Source: an uncultured Planctomycetota bacterium (GTDB lineage Bacteria > Planctomycetota > Planctomycetia > Isosphaerales > Isosphaeraceae). From it: a stretch of DNA of 64,000 nucleotides. The notes beneath the pieces are model-generated. The model was not told the origin of the DNA, searched no databases, and saw only the letters and a program-made list of their open reading frames with translations. How positions within the stretch are numbered: position 1 is the stretch's first letter; the number at the start of each line of letters is the position of its first letter. Below, piece after piece: positions 50,601 through 59,727 of the stretch. A program made the translations under genes and the position numbers. The stretch is from positions 1,376,001 to 1,440,000 of the forward strand of contig CAWGMQ010000004.1 of assembly GCA_963823665.1 (NCBI GenBank). Direction: 5' to 3'.

Positions 50601-53600
50601 CTCGGTGAGCTGACCATCGGCTTGCTCGAGAACAACCCCGGAAACCCCACAGCCGACGGAACCTCGCCACTGGAAGCGATGCTCGCGCGAGTGGAAAGCC
50701 GAATGAAGGCCGGCGCCAATCTGCCGGCCCTGGAAGCGGCCGCACGCGCGCTCCGTTCGAAGATCGGCGAACGGCTGTGGAAACTCGGCGAGCTCGCAAA
50801 GGCCGAGCGCATGTGGGATGAGAGTTTCAAACCAGCGGCTGCGCTGAAACGCGAAAAGCAGGTCCCCGAGCCCGTCGCTTCTCCGCAAGCCGCGTTCGGC
50901 GGGGCCGCAATCGTTGATCTCTACTTTGAGCGCGGTTCTCTGGGAGCAGGCCTACGCGTGGCAAGAGCGATTCAGGCCCTCGAGCCCGGCAGCCCGGGCG
51001 GCCCGCTGCTATTCGTCCGGGCTCCTCGCGCTTTACCGGGGCGACCTGGCCGCATTCAAGCAGATCGCCGCTGAAGCAATCTCGACCGCCGGGCAACCCA
51101 ATGATTCAATGGCGTTTGACGCGGTGCGCACCGCTGCGCTCGGTCCGCCGGGCACCGCTGACACCGACCAGGCCGCGGCCATCGTCAAGCGGCTATTGGC
51201 CATCCGGGCCCGCGGCTTGCCCGCCTGGTATCACGTCGTTCTCGGGCACGCCTTGCTTCGTTCCGGGGACGCAACGGGTGCCCTCACCGAGGTCGAGCCA
51301 TACAAAAACGGATTGAACGGCAAGGCCGTCATGCCTTTGATCCGCGCCGCGCCGGCCGATCCGACGTCGCCCGACGCTGGCTCGCCGCCCTCGACCGCGA
51401 CCTCGAAGACCAGGTTCACGAAGCTACGGATGCCTACGGCGCTCTCCGCGCGCCACGCTACTGGGGCGCCGATGTCCTTCGCGCCGATCTGCTTCGCCGG
51501 GAGGCCTACGCAGCGCTCGGTGAAAAGGCCCCCGAGCTACAGTCCCTTCGCCTCCTTCGCGCCGACTCGCTCCACCGCCTCGGCAAGATGAAGGAAGCCG
51601 AGATCGAATTCGATGCAGCCGTCGCCGGGGCGCCCGACCAGGTTGCTGCACTGCTCAAGCGAGCTCACACGCTCGAGAAGCTCGGCCTGCGCAATCGTGC
51701 CGACGACGATCTCGCACGTGCCTCGCAGGTCGACCAGAACGACCCGCGGCCCTGGGTCCTGCGCGGAAAGCTCCTCGCCGGCCGCGGCCTGGGAAACGCA
51801 GCCGACGAGGCGTATGCTCATGCCCTTGCGCTATCTGCAAATCGCTTGGATCCCTTTATCGAGGCCGGCTGGTGGATTGCCGGGCCCTTTCCGCCCGATA
51901 TGAGAATCTCCCAGGGGGTCGAGGACGATCCTGACCCCTCCCGGCCGATTTCCGGCGCCAACCTCGAGACCCTCGAATGGCGTTCGGTTTCCGCCAAGCG
52001 CAATCGCCTGGTGAACCTGGGCTTCATTCACGACCAGCCCAATTCATCCGTTTATGCGCTCACGCACATACCCTCGGATCGCGAGCGCACCATCATCATA
52101 TTCTTTGGCGGCGGCCGGACCGTTCGCATCTGGCTCAACGGGCGTATCGTGTTCGAGCCCGACTTGCCCAACGTCTATCATCAAGGCACCGAGTACTCCG
52201 TCCCGGTCGCGCTCAAGCCCGGCCGCAACACGCTGCTGGTGCGTGTGAGCGATCCCTCGAGCAGTCACTGGCTGCGATTGCGTACCGACGATTACGAGCT
52301 CGATCGCGCGTGGCTCTCCGCAGACTTCGGTCGCTTCGACGAAGCGGCTGATCTGTTCGACGCCGCCGGGCGTCGCGGGCAGCTTTACCAGTCGTTCCCC
52401 ATGGCTCGCAAGGTCCAGTTCCTGGCCGGGCTCGGCGACCGCAAGCGCTACCTCGAGTCGGCCGCCCTCTTGGCCGATTGGGACGGACCCTCGGCGATCG
52501 ACCCAGGTTCGACCGCGCTGGCGCTCGAGCTCATTCCCAACGATCTGATCTCCCCGGATCGCTTGATCGAACTGGCCCGGCAGGCGGCAGGCACAGCATC
52601 GGCGGGCAGGCTGCAGCACGACGTCGTCGGCCTGGCTCTCTACCGCGCGGGTCGCTATCGCGAGGCCCTCGATTACTTGCAAGCCCATCGAGGCAAGGAC
52701 GAGAAGCCCCGTCCCGTCGAAGGAATGGCCTTGTGGCACCTGGAAAACAGAGCGACGCGCGCGAAATCCTCGCTGAGCTCGATAAAGGTTTCGAGAAATG
52801 GGCCGGCCCGGGCGAAGGCGGCCACATAACCACATGGTGGAACTGGTCAGCGCTCGGCACGATGTACTTGTCCGTGCGCCGCGAAGCCCACGAGCTCATT
52901 GACGGCCACGCCCTCGACGATCAGCGGGTGCTCGCGAAAATCCGCGCTGGCATCGATAACTTACTCGACCAGCGCGACTCGCCCACCTGGGCTTTCGACG
53001 TGGTCGTCCGGCTCGATCCACAGAATGTCCCACTTCGCACCGCACGCTTCGGCCGGCTGCTCGAAATCGGCAGGGAGCCCGAAGCCGAGCCGTTCCTCGC
53101 CACAATGGTGAAGAATAAGGCGGACAAAATCGGCGCGTGGATCGAGCGCGGCATGTTACTGGCACGTGCCGGGCTGGCCGACCGTGCTGCGGCCGATTTT
53201 GCTGCTGCGCTTGACGTGGTCCCGCGCAATCCGATCATCTACGGCCCGCGTGCATCGATCTGTGCGACGCTGGCCACCGAGCCGGCGGCCTACGACCGGC
53301 TTCTCGCCCTCCGCGGGCACGATCCCGTTCTCTGGTACGTGTGCGCCTGTGAATCGGTCAGACGAAAAGACTGGAAGCCGGCCGTTGCCGACTTCATGCG
53401 TGGCGGCGAGCCGTCGGTGCCGAACGAGTTTGCATTCACATACGGGGCATCACTCCTTCTTGCAGGAGATCAGTCGGCCTTCGCGCGTTATGTCGCACGG
53501 CAAGCCGAGCTGCTGAACTCCTTGAACAATCCCGCAGCCCCTTATGTGCTGGCGAGAATCGCTGGGCTTTCGAAAGTGGGCGTGATGCCGTCAAAACAGC

Positions 53601-54013
53601 TTGTGGAATTGGCTGACTCCGCGGCCGCGAAGGCAAGCCCCGCGACCGCGTGGCATCGGCACGTCCAGGCCCTGGCTGCCTTCCGTGGTGGTGACCTGGC
53701 TCGAGCCGAGCAACTGGCTGACGAATCAAGTCGCCTTGCCTGGCTACACTCGCAGGGTCTCAATGACGTGCTGCTCGGTCTCATCAATCGGAGCCAAGGC
53801 AAAACGGCTCTCGCCCGCGCTCGACTCGACCATGCCTCGAGGACGCTCGGCCGCGCTCGCCCGGGCAGTGCGGCCAGCACAGCCGCGAACGGCAGAGTGA
53901 TCTTGCTCGACTGGCTGGAATTCCAGGTGCTGGGCCGCGAGCTCGAGCAAGCCCTCTTCGACCAAGCATTCCCGGCGGATCCGTTCACACGTTCTCTAAA
54001 GTCCAAAATCTAA
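47628..54013 (+). CDS. Giant Ser/Thr protein kinase with TPR repeats and a beta-sandwich domain (~2100 aa; about 7 frameshifts)
   Basis: EVGRGGMGVVY, VALK, HRDIKPSN, DFGLAK, GTVRYMAPE, then TPR-like helices, WWIAGPF..VRIWLNG..LKPGRNTLLVRV, C-terminal FPADPF. Confidence 0.85.
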
Positions 54014-54651
54014 AATTGGCACAGCCATTGGCGCATCGCCGCCGGATCCTCTCCAAACATCAATGACCCCGGCACAATCCAATCCCCGCCCGCTTCGGCG
54101 ATCTGCGGCACGGTATTCCGCCGAATCCCTCCATCAAGTTGGATCTCGACCTCGGCGTCGTGCGCGTCAATCGCCGCCCTCGCCGCCCGGATCTTCTCGA
54201 AGATCTCGGGTTGCATGGTCGTCCCTTTCGTCCCCATCGGCGTCCCCACGATCGTGACCTGATCGATCAGATTCCAGTAGGGATCGAGCACGCTCACCGG
54301 CTCGGTCACCAGCAGCGAGATGGCCACGAGCTTTCCCAGGTCCTTCACCTTCTTGATCGCCACCGCCGGATCTTTGAGCGAGTCAAAACAAAATATCACG
54401 CCGTCGGCGCCAGCCTCGGCAAATGGCTCGACCCACGCCAAAGGCTCCGTGGTCATCAAATGCACCTCAAATGGTTTGGCCGTATGCTTGCGCAGCGCCT
54501 TCACCAAGTCAGGAAAAAACAACATGCTCGGCACGTAATGCCCGTCGGCAACGTCCAGATGGAACCGTTCCGTATACTCGTCAACCCGCCGGATCTCCGC
54601 GCCCAGGTTCGAAAGATCCGCCGACCACAATGATGCAGAACACTTCAACAT
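54010..54651 (-). CDS. rpe: Ribulose-phosphate 3-epimerase family protein
   Basis: SASLWSAD, HLDVADGHYVP, EVHLM, LDGGI, VPGS. Confidence 0.88.
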   Translation of the reverse strand: MLKCSASLWSADLSNLGAEIRRVDEYTERFHLDVADGHYVPSMLFFPDLVKALRKHTAKPFEVHLMTTEPLAWVEPFAEAGADGVIFCFDSLKDPAVAIKKVKDLGKLVAISLLVTEPVSVLDPYWNLIDQVTIVGTPMGTKGTTMQPEIFEKIRAARAAIDAHDAEVEIQLDGGIRRNTVPQIAEAGGDWIVPGSLMFGEDPAAMRQWLCQF

Positions 54652-54682
54652 AGAACACCCTCACTGGATGATGCATCGACCG

Positions 54683-55504
54683 TCAGGCGCGCTCGTCCAC
54701 CCGAAACCGCCTGAGCACAAAGCCATCGATGGCCTTCTTCACATCCGCCGCATGCCGGTCCACACTCACCGATTTCGGCGTGACCTCACAGAATTCGCAT
54801 CCTGGTATCAACCCGGCCAACGTCTCAGCCAGCTCCCACGGATGAATCGGATCGCGCCGGTTTCCCAGCACCAGCGTCGGGACCTTGATGGTCTTGTAGC
54901 GCGCCGGGTCAGGGCAGGGGGTATCGACAACCAGCCGTGACAGCCTGGCGGCGCACTCTTCGGCTCTCGGCTGTTCGAACTGGCCGATCAACGATTTGGC
55001 GCAATCCGGCGAATCACGCTCCATCGCAGCGTATTGCTCTGTGCGGTGAAATTGTTCGAGGCCCTCCTTCGCGCCCACCGTGCGCAGCAGCTCGGCAATC
55101 GTCGTGAACAGCCACACGTTCTCCGGCAGCGGGTGGTCAATCCACGCGGGTCGAGAAAGCACCAGTCCCAGCACGCGCTCCGGATGCCGCAGCGCCAGGT
55201 TCACTGAGGCCGCTGCACCCAGCGAAATTCCACCGATCACGGCGCGCTCAATCTGAACATGATCGAGGAGCGCCACGAGGTCATCAGCCAGGCACTCGAT
55301 CGTGAGCTTCGTCTCGTCACCGAGCGGGCGGGTCTCTCCGTGACCACGAAAATCCATTGAGATCAATCGCACGCCGGGGGCCGGCACGTATACTCCGACC
55401 GCCGCAATAAGGTCACCACCCAAGCCGTGCTGAAAAACAAAGGGTAAACCCACGCCGGCGTCGCGGTATTTGAAATTCAGGCCGTCACGATGGAGGACCG
55501 GCAT
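54683..55504 (-). CDS. Alpha/beta hydrolase
   Basis: FQHGLGG, DFRGHG, nucleophile elbow GISLG, VPTLVLG..DPIHP. Confidence 0.9.
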   Translation of the reverse strand: MPVLHRDGLNFKYRDAGVGLPFVFQHGLGGDLIAAVGVYVPAPGVRLISMDFRGHGETRPLGDETKLTIECLADDLVALLDHVQIERAVIGGISLGAAASVNLALRHPERVLGLVLSRPAWIDHPLPENVWLFTTIAELLRTVGAKEGLEQFHRTEQYAAMERDSPDCAKSLIGQFEQPRAEECAARLSRLVVDTPCPDPARYKTIKVPTLVLGNRRDPIHPWELAETLAGLIPGCEFCEVTPKSVSVDRHAADVKKAIDGFVLRRFRVDERA

Positions 55505-56486
55505 GTGGCGCACTCTCCTTCAGGATCGGTTTCAATATCTCCCGCAAGAATAGAACTCGACGCTCCACGTCCGCCTCCTCCAAGCCGTGAATCACGACGG
55601 CGCCGCGATAGCCAATTCTGTTCAGTCGGACGAAGTAAGGGTAATAAAAATGAAATGAAGGCTCGTTAAGCAGTGCCTTGCTCGGCAGCTTTGCCACCGT
55701 GTCGCTGAATTTGCTCATCTCCCCCTGCGAAGCAGCTTCGATAAGAGCACGAACCGACTTGCTGGCTCGAGCACGTTCCGCCGTCTCCTTCATCTCTGCA
55801 AGAGAACGATGATCGGCCTCATCAAGGTGCGGCTCTTTCGCATGAGCCAATACAATACTGGGGCCAAGCCAATCGAACACTTCGTCGAGGATCGCGGTGA
55901 ATAGGCCCATTTCGCCAGGCCGAAGCAAATTCGCCGGATCGATCACCACCTTCAACCACCGCGAATCAATCTCATCCAGCAGCCGGCGAGCCCTCATCAC
56001 CGAGCTGACGACATTGTTGATCTCCGGCTCAAAGGCCAGCGTCACTTCATGCCGGTCCGCAATCGCCACCGCCGCGCGCATCGTCTCGACCAGGCGTTCC
56101 CACGTACTCTTCCGCGCGTTCTCCGGATGCCACTTCCACATGTCATGTGGATCCATCGATCCGGTGCAAAGCGTGATGATTCGCGTGTCGAGCCAGCGGC
56201 AGGCTTGGGCGAGCACCTCAAGCCGGCGCAGGTTATTCGCCAGCCGTCCGCCGTTCGAATCAACCATGTTGAACGTGCCCGAGATCGCCGCCATTGTGAT
56301 CCCGCGCTCGTGCAGCGTCTGGGCGATCCACACGCACGAGCCTTCGTCGAGCTTATCCGGCAGCGTGGCCAGCCCCATGCACGACATGTTGAACTGAACT
56401 TGCGTCAATCCGTGAGAAGCGACCGCGTCCAGCGTCTGTTCGAGCGTCGGCCGCGGAAACGTCTTGGCGAAAATCCCTAGCTCCAT
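55485..56486 (-). CDS. Sugar phosphate isomerase/epimerase (xylose isomerase-like TIM barrel)
   Basis: LGIFAKTF, SGTFNM, TLCTG, FEPEINNV, DPANL, AHAK. Confidence 0.85.
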   Translation of the reverse strand: MELGIFAKTFPRPTLEQTLDAVASHGLTQVQFNMSCMGLATLPDKLDEGSCVWIAQTLHERGITMAAISGTFNMVDSNGGRLANNLRRLEVLAQACRWLDTRIITLCTGSMDPHDMWKWHPENARKSTWERLVETMRAAVAIADRHEVTLAFEPEINNVVSSVMRARRLLDEIDSRWLKVVIDPANLLRPGEMGLFTAILDEVFDWLGPSIVLAHAKEPHLDEADHRSLAEMKETAERARASKSVRALIEAASQGEMSKFSDTVAKLPSKALLNEPSFHFYYPYFVRLNRIGYRGAVVIHGLEEADVERRVLFLREILKPILKESAPHAGPPS

Positions 56487-57563
56487 CAGACACCTCCGCT
56501 CAATCCGGCGAGCTCAACCCTCTCGCCGGTTTCCACCGAGCGCGCGATCGCCACCATCGCCTGCACCGCGGCCAGGCCGTCGTCCAGGCTGGCGCCCTCC
56601 TGCGGCGCACCGCGCAAAATCGGTCTCGGCAAAAGCTTCGATTTGCAGCTTGTAGGTATAGGCGTCTTCACCCAGCACGCGATGAAACTGTCGATCGCTC
56701 GCCCGGAAGCATTCGACATCGCTCGACTTGTGAAACCACGGCAGATACACGCGGCCCGAAACACTCCCATTCTCGCCGAAGACCTGAAAGCCTTCTTGAA
56801 AGTCGCCCTTGATCGGAATTTGCAAATCAAGATGCCCGAGCGATCCATCTTCAAAATCGACGTCGATGAACCAGCAGTAGCAATCGAACCGCTCGAGCAG
56901 GCGCGCGCGGACGGCCGCGATCGGCCCGCCCAGGCACCGCGCTGTATCGACGAGATGGCTGCCGTGCGTGAGGAGGTAATAGCGGCGGCGATCGGACTTC
57001 GGGTTCCCCTCCGGACGCAACGCCTTGGCGCTTGTGAACGGGATCGGCTGGAGATTATCGGTCATGGTGTAACGGTACGCCGAATCGTAGTACCAGGATT
57101 TCAGCGCGATGCGCTGGCCCATTTCCTCGGCGATGAACTTGCGGGCGAACGTGATTCCCGGGTCAAACCGCCGGTTGTTGCCCACCTGCACACTAACTCC
57201 GGCCGCGGCCGCCTGATCGCGCAGCTCGCGGCACGACTCGATCGTGGTGCCCAGCGGTTTCTCGACCAGTACGTGCTTGCCGGCCTGGATCGCCTTCTGC
57301 GCCGCGGGAACGTGAAACTGGTCGGCGATTGCGATGATCACGGCCTTGACCTTCGGGTCCGCGAGCATCGCGTCGTAGTTCGAATACGCGACCTTCGGCT
57401 GATGAACCTCGGCCATTCGCTCGCGCAGATCATCGGCGAGGTCGCAGATGGCGTAAAGCTCGGCGCTCTTGGCCTTGCGGCAGGCGTCGAAGTGAGCGAA
57501 CTGCGCAATGGGCCCGCATCCGAGCACGCCGATCGAGACGCGGTCATCATCCTTGACAATCAT
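56486..57563 (-). CDS. Gfo/Idh/MocA NAD(P)-dependent oxidoreductase; frameshift ~56621
   Basis: GVLGCGPIA, HVLVEKP, GNNRRFDP, HGSHLVD. C-terminus ASLDDGLAAVQAMVAIARS lies in the second frame. Confidence 0.9.
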
Positions 57564-58988
57564 GCGATCTTCCCCGGATACCGCTGCCGGAGCGCCTCGG
57601 AAAGCGCGGCCAGTTTCTTGCGCTGGGCGACGGCCGCCAGAGCGGCCAGATGCTCCTCCATTGCGATACCTTTCAGTTCGCCCGATTGATGAATTTCAAT
57701 CGCCTGAATCAGCGCTTCGAGTCCGATTCGCGGGTCGGCCTTGCCGTCTTTGCCTTTGATGGAGTTAATCGCCGAGCCGGCGAGGAAGAGCACGTTTTGC
57801 GCGATTCCCCGTTGATTCCAGATCTTCGAGGTTGAGGATGATATTGCCCTGGTCGAGCGCACCGGCGCGGGTGATCATGGTGGGGTTGATTCCCTTGATC
57901 GGCCGCGTGAGCGCCGCCTCCGAAGCATGCCACTCTGCTCCATAGGGGCGAATGAACGGCGAGCCGGGCCGTAGCGGGGCCGTCTGGCGGAAGTCGATGC
58001 CGTCGAGCCGGGCCAGCAAGTCAATCACCTCGCGCCAGATGCTTCGCGTCTTGACGCCGATGCCGGCGTTATGGCCGTAGATCGCCGGCGGATTCTTGAG
58101 CGTGCTGGTCGCTTCGCGGACCATCCTGACGGTCCCGCCCGCGTAGGTCTCACTGAACATCACACCGGAAGCGCCGGCTTCAACGACCGCCAGCACCAGC
58201 TCGACGATCTGTTCGGGGCCCGCGGTGACATGAGGCGAGTACACCAGCCCCAGCCCCCGGCGCGATTCGCGTACCCGCTCGATCGCCGCGATGGCGCGTT
58301 TGGTTCGCTCTTGGACCGGCGAATAATCGAGGTCGGGGTAGAGGTCTTCGTCTTCCTTGATGAACATCAAGAGGGGGCTGCCGGCGACCTCGCCCACCAG
58401 GCGTTCGACGTCCTCCGGCGTGATTCCGGCCGTTGGCTTTAGTATCGTGCCGAACGCGGGCTGGTCGAGGGCGAACCCGGTTTTCTTGCGGATGTTGATC
58501 GGCCCATAAGCCGGCCCGGGGAACCCGGCGAGCACGTCGTCGGGAATCTGGATCGAGATCAGCCGGGCGTCTTGATTCTCGTAGACGTCGAACATGACGG
58601 CGCCGGCGATCGTGTGCAGGATGTCGGTGGACGTGAGCCGCCCGTTCGGATGCCGCATCATCTTGAGCGGAAACGCTACGTGCAGCAGCCCGATCCTTCC
58701 AGACGCGTCAAACGCGTCGACGCCCGCCTGCTGAGCAGAGCATTGCGCCAGCAGCGACCCCGGCAGCGGGTTCTTGACGCCGCTGGTCGCATGGTAGCTG
58801 ATCTCCTCGATCGCGTGCTCGAGCGTTCCCGTCCGGAAATGGAAATAGTATGTGGCGACAAGATGATCCGGAACAGTTGGCGCAGGCCGTTCGCCCAGCC
58901 GGTCTGCGACCACCTTCCGCAAGACTTCCTCGCGAGCGTCGAAATCATCGCGTAGCAGATCGATCGTCGACGAATTCAAAAATGCCAT
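57560..58988 (-). CDS. Form IV RuBisCO-like protein (RLP); frameshift in the C4 run ~57808
   Basis: VATYY, FPGPAYG, GTILKP, FIKEDE (K201/D203/E204), YGHNAG, ARLDGID, LFLAGSAI. Confidence 0.88.
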
Positions 58989-59060
58989 TCGGAGTTCTTC
59001 CTCTGTGGAATGTTCAATACACTTGCCTGCCGGCGACACACCCCCAATCGGCCGAATCCT

Positions 59061-59654
59061 TCACGCCTTCCCCGGGTGCTCGTCGGAGAAACTGACCCTG
59101 GCGTAGATGTCACGCAACGGTAGCGAGCAGTTGATTGAAACAATCTTGAGCGTGCCGTCGAGATCATCCAGCGCGGAAAATACCCAATCATCGCCCTGGC
59201 GGAGATAACGCCCGACCAGAACCTGGCTTTGGTCGATGAGAACATATTCTTTCAGAGATGGCAGCCGGCGGTAGTGCGCGAATTTCGCCCCACGGTCGTA
59301 CGACTCAGTTGTCGGCGAAAGCACCTCAACGATCACGGTGGGATTCAGAAGCGTATCCAATTCGTCATCCTGAAACTCGGGCTCGCCGCAGACAACGATG
59401 ACGTCCGGGTACGCGTACAGCCCGGTCGAACTCACGCAGACTCGCAGATCGCTGATGAAAGCTTCAGATGGACGATTCTCGAGCCGATCGCTGATCTTGT
59501 AGTAAAAATTGCCAGCGATTCGGTTATGCTCGCGACTCGCGCCCGACATCGCCGTGATGTATCCGTCAAGGTACTCGCTCTTGAACGCGGCTTTCCGCTC
59601 CGCGGCGAGGTACTGTTCCGGAGTAAAGCGCGTTCTCAGCGCGGCTGACGCCAT
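59061..59654 (-). CDS. Uma2 (DUF820) family endonuclease-fold protein
   Basis: EYLDG, MSGASREHN, YPDVIVVC, VEVLSPTTESYDRGAKF, EYVLIDQ. Confidence 0.92.
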   Translation of the reverse strand: MASAALRTRFTPEQYLAAERKAAFKSEYLDGYITAMSGASREHNRIAGNFYYKISDRLENRPSEAFISDLRVCVSSTGLYAYPDVIVVCGEPEFQDDELDTLLNPTVIVEVLSPTTESYDRGAKFAHYRRLPSLKEYVLIDQSQVLVGRYLRQGDDWVFSALDDLDGTLKIVSINCSLPLRDIYARVSFSDEHPGKA

Positions 59655-59727
59655 GACATTCTCCACACGACGATTCGGTCACGCACTCGAACATTCTACG
59701 AAATCGTGCCGCAGAATTCGACTTTCC

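Noticed and set aside
57560..58988. Bona fide RuBisCO / Calvin cycle (RuBisCO fold next to rpe; gap and pgk in the window)
   Set aside because: Lacks K177, N123, R295, H327 and K334 equivalents; no rbcS or PRK; gap/pgk are 30 kb away in a separate island.
43687..59654. Anti-phage defence system from PolX/PHP and Uma2
   Set aside because: The genes are far apart, both are common in planctomycetes, and there are no associated defence genes.
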